From assembly GCA_963768735.1 (NCBI GenBank), contig CAVYJH010000014.1, positions 22,233-86,232 on the forward strand: a stretch of 64,000 bases of DNA. The letters are read 5' to 3'. This document shows, in pieces, positions 25,888-37,640 of this stretch. This DNA comes from an uncultured delta proteobacterium. GTDB lineage: Bacteria; Desulfobacterota; Syntrophorhabdia; Syntrophorhabdales; WCHB1-27. The first letter of the stretch is position 1. Each line of letters begins with the position of its first letter. The notes under the pieces are model-generated. The model was not told the origin of the DNA and did no database searches. It saw only the letters and a list, made by a program, of their open reading frames with translations. Position numbers and translations under genes: made by a program.

Positions 25888-25945
25888 AAGATAGATCGAA
25901 AGATAGATCGAAAGATAGGGTATCGGTGGCCGCAAGATAAGTTTT
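25888..25945 (+). promoter_or_regulatory. Array of four (G)AAAGATA direct repeats upstream of czcC copy 1 (candidate regulator binding sites)
   Basis: AAGATA starts at 25888, 25900, 25912 and 25934 (spacing 12/12/22). It is followed by TTGAAC-N18-TATACA. Confidence 0.45.
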
Positions 25946-26072
25946 TTTTGAACGCTACTAGTGGTTATCTGTATACAGTACCTGCCCGCCTTGGGCTGCC
26001 CGTTCGTACGCTCACGGGTCCTCCTGCTTCAAAAATGGCCCTAAGGGAGAGGGAACGGCATGACCTAAGGAG

Positions 26073-27344
26073 GTGAAGATGCTGCGCCGCGTGCGGTGGC
26101 TGTTTTTAGGACTTCTTCTTTTCGGCTGCCTTGCCGCTGAGTCACACGCAAGCGAGCCCCTCACCTGGCAGCAGGTCCGTGCCAAATTCATCGCCGTAAA
26201 CCCGGCCCTCATCGCGGCACGGCTCGGCATCGAGGAGTCGAAGGCCCAGGAGATCACCGCCTACCTGCGCCCGAACCCGCAATTCACCGCTGCAACGGAT
26301 TACATCCACCCCTTCAAGTCCTACGGCGCCCTGGAGGACGCGCAGCCTTCGGTCTCGTTGAGCTACCTCATCGAGCGGTTGAACAAGCGGGGACTCCGCC
26401 TGGAGACCGCGCAGAAGGGGACGGCCGTCGCCTTCTCACAACTGGCGGACCAGGAGAGGACCCTCCTCTTTGCCCTGCGGAGTGCCTTCATACAGGTGCT
26501 CCAGCAAAAGGCGGTCCTGGACCTGGCGAAGGAGAACCTCGCCTACTACGACAAGGTGTTGGACGTGAGCGCCGAGCGCTTCAGGACAGGCGACATCGCC
26601 AGGGTCGACCTGGACCGCCTGCAACTCCAGCGCGTCCAGTATGAATCGGACGTGCAGACTGCTACCGTGAACCTCCGCACGGCAAAGATCCAGCTCCTGA
26701 CGCTCCTGAACGACCGGACCCCCGTGGAGCGATTCGACGTGACGGGCCCCTTCGACTTTGCCGACCATGTTGCACCCCTCCCCGAGTTCCGCACTCTAGC
26801 CCTGGAGACAAGGCCGGACCTCCGGGCCGCCGTGCAGTCGATCGACCAGGCAAGAAGCGCGAATAAGCTCGCCGAGGCGAATGCCTCCACCGACCCGACC
26901 ATAGGCATAGATGCCGGGCGGCTTCCTCTGAGCACCGGGCCCGTGAGCCCCGGCTATGTGGGTGTGAGCGTCAGCATCCCCTTGCGCATCTTCGACAGGA
27001 ACCAGGGGGAGAGGCTCCGCACAAAACTGGACATCACGCGCAACGAGAGGCTCCGCGACCTCACGGAAGCGCAGCTCTACAGCGATGTCGATTCGGCCCA
27101 TGCGACGATTGTGAGCGCCGTGATCCTTTTGAAGCCCTACAAGACGCAGTACCTGAAGCAGGCCGCCACGGTCCGCGACACCGTGACCTTCTCCTACGAG
27201 CGCGGCGGGGCAGCGCTCCTCGATTTTCTCGATGCCCAGCGCGACTACCGGAGCGTCCGCCTCGCCTACCTGAACCTTGTGGGTTCTTATTTATCCGCCG
27301 CGGCTCAATTGAATCTCGCCGTAGGCCGGGAGGTTATCGAATGA
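26073..27344 (+). CDS. czcC: Outer-membrane efflux protein (TolC/CzcC family), copy 1
   Basis: 423 aa with a signal peptide and two OEP-type repeats. First gene of a C-B-A efflux operon. Confidence 0.85.
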   Translation: MKMLRRVRWLFLGLLLFGCLAAESHASEPLTWQQVRAKFIAVNPALIAARLGIEESKAQEITAYLRPNPQFTAATDYIHPFKSYGALEDAQPSVSLSYLIERLNKRGLRLETAQKGTAVAFSQLADQERTLLFALRSAFIQVLQQKAVLDLAKENLAYYDKVLDVSAERFRTGDIARVDLDRLQLQRVQYESDVQTATVNLRTAKIQLLTLLNDRTPVERFDVTGPFDFADHVAPLPEFRTLALETRPDLRAAVQSIDQARSANKLAEANASTDPTIGIDAGRLPLSTGPVSPGYVGVSVSIPLRIFDRNQGERLRTKLDITRNERLRDLTEAQLYSDVDSAHATIVSAVILLKPYKTQYLKQAATVRDTVTFSYERGGAALLDFLDAQRDYRSVRLAYLNLVGSYLSAAAQLNLAVGREVIE

Positions 27345-28474
27345 AACGTCTGATCTTCTTTGGAGCTCTTTGCCTCGTCCTTGTCTCCCTTCTCGCCGGC
27401 TGCAGCGGGAAGGTGGAGGCGGACCTCGGGGCGCCGCCGAAGGCTGAAGTCGAGCGCGAAGAAGACTCCGGCACCTTCAAGGTAGCCCACCCGGAGCAGT
27501 TTCCCCAGGTAGCGGCCGGTGTGTACAAGGCCGCGCCCGAGCTGACCGTGACGGGGGTGGTGAGCCCGGACGTGGCGCGCTCCGTGCCCGCAATATCGCT
27601 TGCCTCCGGCCGCGTGGTCGAAGTGAAGGCGCGCCTCGGCGACACCGTGAAGAAGGGGCAGCTCCTCCTGAGGGTGCGGAGCGCCGACATCTCGGGCGCC
27701 TTCTCGGATTACCGGCAGGCACTTGCCGACGAGACACTGACAAAGGCGCAGCTTGAGCGCGCGAAGGTACTCTTCGAGAAAGGGGCGATAGCGAAAAAAG
27801 ACCTGGAAGTGGCCGTCGATATCGGAGAAAAGGCCAGGGTCAACCGCGAGGCCACGGTAGAGAAGCTAAAGGTCCTCGGTGTGACCGACCTGGAGCACCA
27901 TCCGAATGGGATCGTCGACGTCTACGCCCCCATCTCGGGCGTTATCGTCGAGCAGAACGTGACCGCAGGCGCAGGGGTGAAGACCCTCGATAATTCGCCT
28001 AACCTCTTCACCATCGCCAACCTCGACGATGTCTGGATTATGTGCGACGTATACGAGAATGATTTCCCCTTTGTCCGCGTCGGCGAGTATGCGGACGTCC
28101 GTCTGAACGCCTATCCCGGCAAGGTCTTTAAAGGCCGCATCAGCAACATTGCGCCGATTCTCGACCCCGCCATCCGCACCGCGAAGGTCCGGCTGGAGAT
28201 GCACAACCCGGGGCTCATGCGCATCGGCATGTTCGCCACCGCCACGTTCTACGGCCATGAGCAGGAGACACACTCCGTGGTCCCGGCGGGTGCAATCCTC
28301 CATCTCCACGACCGCGATTGGGTCTACGTACCCTTGCAGGGGTCCGAGTTCCGGCGCGTCGAAGTGAAAAGCGGCCGGATGCTCCCCGGCGCCATGCAGG
28401 AAGTGACGGGGATCGAGCCCGGCCGGAAAGTGGTGGCCAACGCCCTGGCGTTCCAGGTTACGGCGGAGCAATAG
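26126..28474 (+). repeat. 2.35-kb segment ~99.6% identical to 32048-34397 (czcC body + czcB)
   Basis: The constant offset of 5922 nt is visible in identical ORF-track entries. I counted about 9 substitutions and one 1-nt indel by eye. Confidence 0.85.
27341..28474 (+). CDS. czcB: RND efflux periplasmic adaptor (membrane fusion protein, CzcB-like), copy 1
   Basis: 377 aa with a lipoprotein-like N-terminus (LLAGCSG) and barrel-sandwich/hairpin motifs. ATGA overlap with czcC. Confidence 0.85.
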   Translation: MKRLIFFGALCLVLVSLLAGCSGKVEADLGAPPKAEVEREEDSGTFKVAHPEQFPQVAAGVYKAAPELTVTGVVSPDVARSVPAISLASGRVVEVKARLGDTVKKGQLLLRVRSADISGAFSDYRQALADETLTKAQLERAKVLFEKGAIAKKDLEVAVDIGEKARVNREATVEKLKVLGVTDLEHHPNGIVDVYAPISGVIVEQNVTAGAGVKTLDNSPNLFTIANLDDVWIMCDVYENDFPFVRVGEYADVRLNAYPGKVFKGRISNIAPILDPAIRTAKVRLEMHNPGLMRIGMFATATFYGHEQETHSVVPAGAILHLHDRDWVYVPLQGSEFRRVEVKSGRMLPGAMQEVTGIEPGRKVVANALAFQVTAEQ

Positions 28475-31400
28475 GTGATACGGAGAATCGTAGATTTTGC
28501 GCTGAATAGGCGCCTCCTGGTGATAGCATTTGCCCTTTTGCTCTTTGGCTGTGGCATTATGGCCTTCCGTCATCTCCCTGTCGAGGCATATCCGGACGTC
28601 GCGAATAACTATGCCTGGGTCATCACGCAGTGGCCGGGAAGGGCCGCCGAGGAGGTGGAGCAGCAGGCGACCATCCCCCTTGAGACCGCGCTGAACGGTA
28701 TTCCCCAGCTCTCCCATCTGCGGTCGGTATCCCTTGCCGGCCTGTCCGTTGTCATACTCATTTTCGACGACAACTCGGATAACGCATGGAACCGGCAGAA
28801 GGTACTCGAACGATTATCCATGGTTACCCTTCCAGGCAACCTGCAGCCCAACATCGGCCCCGACTTCAGCCCCGTGGGCCAAATATACTTTTACACTTTG
28901 AGGAGCACCAATCCACGATACGACGCCATTGACCTGAAGTCCCTGCAGGATTGGGTGCTCGTAAAGCAGTTCAAGACGGTGCCGAACGTGATCGACGTGT
29001 CGAGCTTCGGCGGCCCCACGCGGGAATACCAGGTGCGCGTCGACCCAGATAAGCTCGTTTCCTACGGGTTAAGCATCGGCCAGGTGGAGCAGCAGCTCGC
29101 CAACAACAACGTGAACGCGGGCGGCAGCTTTATCGAGGCGGGTACCCAGCAGATCAACGTGCGCGCCCTCGGATTGATCCGCAATAGTCGGGATATCGAG
29201 GAGACGGTCATCACCGCAAAGAACGGCACGCCGGTACGGGTCAAGGACATCGCCACGGTGTCGCAGGGTCCGAAGATACGCTTGGGCCAGTTCGGCAGGG
29301 CCATTCATCGCACCGACGGGAAAATCATCGACAACGAAGACGTCGTCTCCGGCATCGTCCTCATGCGCAAAGGGGCCGATTTCGATGCGACCCTCGAGGG
29401 GGTCCACAAGAAGGTGGAAGAGCTGAACGACCACATCCTGCCCCCGGGCGTGAAAGTGGTCCCCTTCAACGACCGGAGCGACCTCGTTTACCATACGACG
29501 CACACGGTCCTCCGTAACCTCACGGAAGGGCTCATCCTCGTGACGATCGTGCTCTCTTTTTTCTCGGGAATATCAGGGGCGCCCTGATCGTGGCGCTCAC
29601 CATCCCCTTTTCGCTCCTCTTCGCATCGATCTGTCTCGACCTGAGGAAGATACCGGCGAACCTGCTCTCCCTGGGCGCCCTCGACTTCGGCATGGTTGTC
29701 GACGGGACCGTCGTGATGGTGGAGAACATCATCCGCCACCTGGGTCACAGGGACCCGGCCTCATCCGTGAAAGACAGGATCAGGGCCGCTTCCCATGAGG
29801 TGCAGAGGCCGGTCTTCTACGCCATTGCCATCATCATCAGCGGCTACTTGCCTATCTTTACCCTCCAGCGCGTGGAAGGACGCCTGTTCAAGCCCATGGC
29901 CTGGACCGTGGGGTTCGCGCTGCTGGGCGCCATGATTTTCTCCATGACCATCGCCCCGGTCCTCGTCAGTTTCTTATTCAAGAAAGAAACACCCGAGTGG
30001 CACAATCCCGTGGTTGTCTGGCTTACGAAAAAGTACCGGAAGGGTCTGACCTGGTCTATTCATCACCGCATGGTGATGGTCGGGGTCGCTGTCCTCGCTC
30101 TGGGCGGCAGTATCTGCCTTGCAATGAGCGGCGCCATCGGGTCGGAGTTCCTGCCCCATCTTGATGAGGGGGCAATCTGGGTGCGCGGCACCCTTGCGCC
30201 GAGTACCGGGCCGAGCGAGGGCATCAGGGTCGCGAACCAGGCCCGGATCGTGCTCGCCTCGTTCCCCGAGGTGACGATGGCAACCAGCCAGGTAGGACGA
30301 CCCGATGACGGGTTGGACACCACAGGATTTTTCAACACCGAATACTGTGTGCCCCTCAAGCCCAGGGGCCAATGGCGTCCGGTTTTCCACCAGGACAAGG
30401 AGGAGTTGATCACTGCCATGAGCAGGGAGCTCAGGAAGATCCCCGGCGTGATCTGGAACTTTTCCCAACCCATTCAGGACAACATGGAAGAGGCGGTGAG
30501 CGGGGTCAAGGGGCAGCTCGCGACGAAGATCTACGGCGAGGACTTGAAGGTACTGGAAGCCAAAGGCGAAGAGATAGTCCGGGTGATGCGGCACATCAAC
30601 GGGATCAAGGACCTTGGACTCTTCCGCGTCATCGGCCAGCCGAACCTGAACTTCGAGGTGGACCGCACCAAGGCCGCCCGCTACCAGATCAACGTGGCCG
30701 ACGTGCAGGATGCCGTGCAGACGGCCGTGGGCGGCAATGCCCTCACCCAGGTGCTGCAGGGCGAGCAGCGCTACGACCTGGTCATGCGCTACCTTCCTCG
30801 CTTCCGGGATACGAAGGAGGCCCTCGAAAGGGTGCGTCTCCTCAGCCCTTCCCTCGAAAGGGTGTCCCTCGCGCAGCTCTGCAAGGTGCAGACGCGGGAC
30901 GGCGCCGCGGAGATCTATCGTGAGGGGAACAAGCGCTACGTGGCGATAAAGTTCAGCGTCCGGGGCCGCGACCTCGGGAGTGCGGTCAAGGAAGCGATGA
31001 CAAAGGTAGAAAAACGGGTGAAGCTGCCGCCCGGATATTATATCGATTGGTCGGGCGAGTACGAAAGCCAGCAGCGGGCCGCGGCCCGGCTGGCCGTCAT
31101 CGTGCCGCTGACGATCTTCCTCATCTTCCTGATCATCTACTTTGCCTTCGGCTCCGCCAAGTGGGCCTGTCTCAATCTGGTCACGGTAGCCATGGCGCCA
31201 ATCGGGGGACTGCTTGCGCTGCTCGTGACGGGCACGTATTTCAGCGTTTCCTCGGGGGTGGGATTCTTGGCCCTCTTCGGGGTCTCCGTGCAGACCGGCG
31301 TGGTGATGGTCGTCTATATCAATCAACTGCGCGCAAGAGGTTACTCGGTTGTCGATGCCGCCATCGAGGGGGCAACCCGACGCTTGAGGCCCATTATGAT

Positions 31401-31650
31401 GACCATGCTCGTGGCAACCCTCGGTCTTCTGCCGGCGGCCATGTCCCATGCCATCGGCTCGGATTCGCAGCGTCCCTTCGCCATCGTCATTGTAGGCGGT
31501 CTAATAACCGACCTGGTGTTGAGCATTTTTTTGCTGCCCACTTTCTACGTGTGGTGGGCCAGGCCCACAGACCAACTGCCGGCGGGTGACGAGTCGAAGA
31601 GTATCGATGCCGGAGACGAGATCAGCGAGGGCGTAAATGGTGACGGTTAA
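28475..31650 (+). CDS. czcA: CzcA/CusA-family heavy-metal RND transporter, copy 1, with an apparent -1 frameshift in a T-run (29557-29562)
   Basis: Track ORFs 28475-29587 and 29590-31650 are the two halves of one ~1056-aa protein. Adding one T restores ...VLSFFLGNIRGALIVALTIPFSLLF, matching copy 2. Confidence 0.85.
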
Positions 31651-31852
31651 AGGGCGGGCCGCATAAAATTAGGAGCAACCGCCGTGCCCATCGGTAAGCT
31701 CCCGGCCCTCTGTCTTTCTTTCGTCCAGCGGACCATTCAACTGAAATCCTAACGCAGCTATCTCCTCCTATATTTCTATCTCCATATTTTCAAGGGATTT
31801 GCCGTGGCCGGTGAACGACTGTATCCAAGAGCAGCGCGTAAAGAGGCCACGA

Positions 31853-31902
31853 AAGATAACACGAAAGATGCCGGAAAGATAGGGGGTTTTGCACGAAAGA
31901 TA
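31853..31902 (+). promoter_or_regulatory. Array of four GAAAGAT(A/G) direct repeats upstream of czcC copy 2
   Basis: AAGAT(A/G) starts at 31853, 31865, 31876 and 31897 (spacing 12/11/21). It is followed by TTGACC-N17-TAGATT. Confidence 0.45.
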
Positions 31903-31973
31903 CTTTGACCCGGCAATGGCGGTCGGTTAGATTCTATATCCCTATACCCTCATATGGATAGGGTAAGAGTGTC

Positions 31974-33266
31974 GTGGTGAATAGGGAGACGTCCTTGAAA
32001 GCAAGGTTCGCGTTGTCTGGCGCCCTGTCATTGGCCCTGATGCTTTTCTGCCTTGCCGCTGAGTCACACGCAAGCGAGCCCCTCACCTGGCAGCAGGTCC
32101 GTGCCAAATTCATCGCCGTAAACCCGGCCCTCATCGCGGCACGGCTCGGCATCGAGGAGTCGAAGGCCCAGGAGATCACCGCCTACCTGCGCCCGAACCC
32201 GCAATTCACCGCTGCAACGGATTACATCCACCCCTTCAAGTCCTACGGCGCCCTGGAGGACGCGCAGCCTTCGGTCTCGTTGAGCTACCTCATCGAGCGG
32301 TTGAACAAGCGGGGACTCCGCCTGGAGACCGCGCAGAAGGGGACGGCCGTCGCCTTCTCACAACTGGCGGACCAGGAGAGGACCCTCCTCTTTGCCCTGC
32401 GGAGTGCCTTCATACAGGTGCTCCAGCAAAAGGCGGTCCTGGACCTGGCGAAGGAGAACCTCGCCTACTACGACAAGGTGTTGGACGTGAGCGCCGAGCG
32501 CTTCAGGACAGGCGACATCGCCAGGGTCGACCTGGACCGCCTGCAGCTCCAGCGCGTCCAGTATGAATCGGACGTGCAGACTGCTACCGTGAACCTCCGC
32601 ACGGCAAAGATCCAGCTCCTGACGCTCCTGAACGACCGGACCCCCGTGGAGCGATTCGACGTGACGGGCCCCTTCGACTTTGCCGACCATGTTGCACCCC
32701 TCCCCGAGTTCCGCACTCTAGCCCTGGAGACAAGGCCGGACCTCCGGGCCGCCGTGCAGTCGATCGACCAGGCAAGAAGCGCGAATAAGCTCGCCGAGGC
32801 GAATGCCTCCACCGACCCGACCATAGGCATAGATGCCGGGCGGCTTCCTCTGAGCACCGGGCCCGTGAGCCCCGGCTATGTGGGTGTGAGCGTCAGCATC
32901 CCCTTGCGCATCTTCGACAGGAACCAGGGGGAGAGGCTCCGCACAAAACTGGACATCACGCGCAACGAGAGGCTCCGCGACCTCACGGAAGCGCAGCTCT
33001 ACAGCGATGTCGATTCGGCCCATGCGACGATTGTGAGCGCCGTGATCCTTTTGAAGCCCTACAAGACGCAGTACCTGAAGCAGGCCGCCACGGTCCGCGA
33101 CACCGTGACCTTCTCCTACGAGCGCGGCGGGGCAGCGCTCCTCGATTTTCTCGATGCCCAGCGCGACTACCGGAGCGTCCGCCTCGCCTACCTGAACCTT
33201 GTGGGTTCTTATTTATCCGCCGCGGCCCAATTGAACCTCGCCGTAGGCCGGGAGGTTATCGAATGA
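31974..33266 (+). CDS. czcC: Outer-membrane efflux protein (TolC/CzcC family), copy 2
   Basis: Identical to copy 1 from CLAAESHASEPL onward, with a different signal peptide. The track start is GTG 31974. TTG 31995 (MKARFALSG..., GGGAG upstream) is an alternative. Confidence 0.85.
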   Translation: MVNRETSLKARFALSGALSLALMLFCLAAESHASEPLTWQQVRAKFIAVNPALIAARLGIEESKAQEITAYLRPNPQFTAATDYIHPFKSYGALEDAQPSVSLSYLIERLNKRGLRLETAQKGTAVAFSQLADQERTLLFALRSAFIQVLQQKAVLDLAKENLAYYDKVLDVSAERFRTGDIARVDLDRLQLQRVQYESDVQTATVNLRTAKIQLLTLLNDRTPVERFDVTGPFDFADHVAPLPEFRTLALETRPDLRAAVQSIDQARSANKLAEANASTDPTIGIDAGRLPLSTGPVSPGYVGVSVSIPLRIFDRNQGERLRTKLDITRNERLRDLTEAQLYSDVDSAHATIVSAVILLKPYKTQYLKQAATVRDTVTFSYERGGAALLDFLDAQRDYRSVRLAYLNLVGSYLSAAAQLNLAVGREVIE

Positions 33267-34397
33267 AACGTCTGATCTTCTTTGGAGCTCTTTGCCTCGT
33301 CCTTGTCTCCCTTCTCGCCGGCTGCAGCGGGAAGGTGGAGGCGGACCTCGGGGCGCCGCCGAAGCCTGAAGTCGAGCGCGAAGAAGACTCCGGCACCTTC
33401 AAGGTAGCCCACCCGGAGCAGTTTCCCCAGGTAGCGGCCGGTGTGTACAAGGCCGCGCCCGAGCCTGACCGTGACGGGGGTGGTGAGCCCGGACGTGGCG
33501 CGCTCCGTGCCCGCAATATCGCTCGCCTCCGGCCGCGTGGTCGAAGTGAAGGCGCGCCTCGGCGACACCGTGAAGAAGGGGCAGCTCCTCCTGAGGGTGC
33601 GGAGCGCCGACATCTCGGGCGCCTTCTCGGATTACCGGCAGGCACTTGCCGACGAGACACTGACAAAGGCGCAGCTTGAGCGCGCGAAGGTACTCTTCGA
33701 GAAAGGGGCGATAGCGAAAAAAGACCTGGAAGTGGCCGTCGATATCGGAGAAAAGGCCAGGGTCAACCGCGAGGCCACGGTAGAGAAGCTAAAGGTCCTC
33801 GGTGTGACCGACCTGGAGCACCATCCGAATGGGATCGTCGACGTCTACGCCCCCATCTCGGGCGTTATCGTCGAGCAGAACGTGACCGCAGGCGCAGGGG
33901 TGAAGACCCTCGATAATTCGCCTAACCTCTTCACCATCGCCAACCTCGACGATGTCTGGATTATGTGCGACGTATACGAGAATGATTTCCCCTTTGTCCG
34001 CGTCGGCGAGTATGCGGACGTCCGTCTGAACGCCTATCCCGGCAAGGTCTTTAAAGGCCGCATCAGCAACATTGCGCCGATTCTCGACCCCGCCATCCGC
34101 ACCGCGAAGGTCCGGCTGGAGATGCACAACCCGGGGCTCATGCGCATCGGCATGTTCGCCACCGCCACGTTCTACGGCCATGAGCAGGAGACACACTCCG
34201 TGGTCCCGGCGGGTGCAATCCTCCATCTCCACGACCGTGATTGGGTCTACGTACCCTTGCAGGGGTCCGAGTTCCGGCGCGTCGAAGTGAAAAGCGGCCG
34301 GATGCTCCCCGGCGCCATGCAGGAAGTGACGGGGATCGAGCCCGGCAGGAAAGTGGTGGCCAACGCCCTGGCCTTCCAGGTTACGGCGGAGCAGTAG
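32048..34397 (+). repeat. Second copy of the 2.35-kb near-identical czcC-czcB segment
   Basis: See 26126-28474. Confidence 0.85.
33263..34397 (+). CDS. czcB: RND efflux periplasmic adaptor, copy 2, broken by a 1-nt insertion at 33464/33465
   Basis: Copy 1 reads CCCGAGCTGACCGTG and copy 2 reads CCCGAGCCTGACCGTG. Track ORFs 33263-33679 and 33441-34397 are the two pieces. Confidence 0.8.
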
Positions 34398-37300
34398 ATG
34401 ATACGGAGAATCGTCGATTTTGCGCTGAACCAGCGCCTCTTCGTGGTCGCCTTCGCACTTCTGCTCCTGGCAGGGGGCATGATCGCATTCCACCGTCTCC
34501 CTGTCGAGGCATATCCGGATGTCGCTAATAATTACGCCTGGGTCATCACGCAGTGGCCGGGAAGGGCCGCCGAGGAGGTGGAGCAGCAGGTGACCATCCC
34601 CCTGGAGAATGTGATGAACGGCATTCCCCAGCTCTCCCATCTGCGCTCCGTATCCATCAGCGGGTTGTCCGTGGTCATACTTATTTTCGACGACGACTCG
34701 GACAATGCCTGGAACAGGCAGAAGGTATTGGAGCGCACTCCATGGTTAACCTCCCCGCGAACCTTCAGCCCCAGCTCGGTCCCGATTTCAGCCCCGTAGG
34801 CCAGATATACTTCTATACCCTGAGGAACACGAACCCCGGCTATGACGCCATGGAGTTGAAGTCCCTGCAGGATTGGGTGCTCGTAAAGCAGTTCAAGACG
34901 GTGCCGAACGTGATCGACGTGTCGAGCTTCGGCGGCCCCACGCGGGAATACCAGGTGCGCGTCGACCCGGCCAAGCTGGTCTCCTACGGCTTGAGCATAG
35001 GCCAGGTGGAGCAGCAGCTCGCCAACAACAACGTGAACGCGGGCGGCAGCTTTATCGAGGCGGGTACCCAGCAGATCAACGTGCGCGCCGTGGGGCTTGT
35101 GGGTACTACGACAGACATTGAAAAGACCGTAATCACCGCAAAGAACGGCACGGCCGTGCGCGTCAGGGACATCGCCACGGTGTCGCAGGGGCCGAAGATA
35201 CGCTTGGGCCAGTTCGGCAGGGCCATCCATCGCGCCGACAGGAAAATCATCGACAACGAAGACGTCGTCTCCGGCATCGTCCTCATGCGCAAAGGGTCCG
35301 ATTTCGATGCGACCCTGGATGCCGTCCACAAAAAGGTGGAAGAGCTGAACGACCATATCCTGCCCCCGGGCGTGAAAGTGGTCCCCTTCAACGACCGGAG
35401 CGACCTCGTTTACCATACGACGCACACGGTCCTCCGCAACCTCACGGAAGGGCTCATCCTCGTCACGTTCGTGCTCCTCCTCTTTCTCGGGAATATCCGG
35501 GCCGCCCTGATCGTGGCGCTCACCATCCCCTTCTCGCTCCTCTTCGCATCGATCTGTCTCGACCTGAGGCACATCCCGGCGAACCTGCTTTCCCTGGGCG
35601 CCCTCGATTTCGGCATGGTTGTCGACGGGACCGTCGTGATGGTGGAGAACATCATCCGCCACCTGGGTCACAGGGACCCGGCTTCGTCCGTAAAAGACAG
35701 GATAAGGGCGGCCGCGCACGAGGTGCAGAGGCCCGTCTTCTACGCCATCGCCATCATCATCAGCGGTTATCTGCCTATCTTCACCCTCCAGCGCGTGGAA
35801 GGACGCCTGTTCAAGCCCATGGCCTGGACCGTGGGGTTCGCGCTGCTGGGCGCCATGATTTTTTCCATGACCATCGCCCCGGTCCTCGTCAGTTTCTTAT
35901 TCAAAAAAGAAACACCCGAGTGGCACAATCCGGCGGTTGTCTGGCTTACGAAAAAGTACCGGAAAGGTCTGACCTGGTGCATCCATCACCGGGGAGCGAT
36001 GGTCGGTATCGCCGCGGCGACCCTGTGCGCGATCGGCTACCTGGCGACGAGCGGGGTCATCGGATCGGAGTTCTTGCCCCATCTGGACGAAGGCGCGATC
36101 TGGGTGCGCGGCACCCTTGCGCCGAGTACCGGGCCGACCGAGGGCATCAGGGTCGCGAACCAGGCCCGGATCGTGCTCGCCTCGTTCCCCGAGGTTACCG
36201 TTGCGACCAGCCAGGTGGGACGGCCCGATGACGGAACGGACTTTACGGGCTTCTTCAACACGGAATACTGCGTCAACCTGAAGCCGAAAGAAAAGTGGCG
36301 GCCTGTATTTCACGAGGATAAAGACAAGCTCATCAGCGCCATGAACAGGGAGCTCGAGGAAGATCCCCGGCGTGGTCTGGAACTTCTCCCAGCCCATCGC
36401 GGACAACATGGAAGAGGCGGTGAGCGGGGTCAAGGGACAGCTCGCCACGAAGATCTACGGGGACGACCTCCGGGTGCTTGAGGCAAAGGGCGAGGAGATG
36501 ATCCGCATCATGCGCCACGTCAACGGCATCAAGGACCTCGGTCTCTTCCGCGTCGTGGGCCAACCGAACCTGAACTTTGTCGTGGACCGCGACCGGGCTG
36601 CCCGGTTCCAGATCAACGTGGCCGACGTGCAGGACGCAGTTCAGACCGCCGCAGGCGGCAATGCAGTCACCCAGGTGCTCCAGGGGGAGCGGCGCTACGA
36701 CCTGGTCATGCGCTACCTTCCTCCCTTCCGCGACACGAAGGAGGCCCTCGAAAAGGTGCGTCTCCTCAGCCCTTCCGGCGAGAGGGTCTCCCTCGCACAG
36801 CTCTGCAGGGTGCAAACACGGGACGGCGCCGCGCAGATCTACCGTGAAGCGAACCGGCGCTACGTGGCGGTCAAGTACAGCGTCAGGGGTCGGGACCTGG
36901 GCAGCACGGTGGAAGAGGCCATGGCGAAGGTCGACAAACAGGTGAAGCTGCCGCCCGGATATTGTATCGATTGGTCGGGCGAGTACGAAAGCCAGCAGCG
37001 GGCCGCGGCCCGGCTGGCCGTCATCGTGCCCCTCACGGTCTTCCTCATATTCATGATTATTTACGGCGCCTTCGGCTCTGCGAAATGGGCGTGGCTCAAC
37101 CTGGTCAACGTGGCCGTGGCGCGTATCGGGGGCCTCCTGGCCCTGCTCGTGACGGGCACGCACTTCAGCGTCTCCTCGGGGGTGGGATTCTTGGCCCTCT
37201 TCGGGGTCTCCGTGCAGACGGGCGTTATCATGGTGGAGTATATCAACCAGTTGCGCGCGAGGGGCTATTCGATAGTCGAAGCGGCTATCGAAGGCGCGAC

Positions 37301-37574
37301 GCGCCGGTTGAGGCCGATCATGATGACCATGCTCGTGGCCACCCTCGGACTCCTGCCGGCGGCCATGTCCCACGACATCGGCTCCGACTCGCAGCGCCCC
37401 TTTGCCATAGTCGTGGTGGGCGGATTGGTCACCGATCTGGTCATGAGCATCTTTCTTTTGCCCACGTTTTACGTCTGGTGGGCGCGCCCCACCGACCACC
37501 TGCCCAAGCCTGAAGAGTCGAAAAGCATCGATGCCGGAGACGAGATCAGCGAGGGCGTAAATGGTGACGGTTAA
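34398..37574 (+). CDS. czcA: CzcA/CusA-family RND transporter, copy 2 (diverged from copy 1), with two apparent frameshifts (~34739 and 36356)
   Basis: Track ORFs 34398-34799, 34553-36481 and 36372-37574 together give a full-length CzcA. Comparison with copy 1 shows one missing base (CGCACTCCATGG) and one extra G (GAGCTCGAGGAAG versus GAGCTCAGGAAG). Confidence 0.8.
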
Positions 37575-37640
37575 AGGGCGGGCCCCATGAAAAAGGGGTG
37601 CGGCCATAGCCTGTAACGAGGAAAATTGAGCGACCGGGAA

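Noticed and set aside
25888-25923. 12-bp tandem repeat AAGATAGATCGA, considered as a possible CRISPR or microsatellite
   Set aside because: It has only 2-3 units with no spacers, so it is far too short for CRISPR. It is better explained as phased regulator sites (see findings).
29974-31449. 491-aa minus-strand ORF (and the analogous ORFs 34532-35719 and 36333-37607)
   Set aside because: Antisense to the czcA genes, His/Arg/Gly/Pro-rich, and duplicated only because czcA is duplicated.
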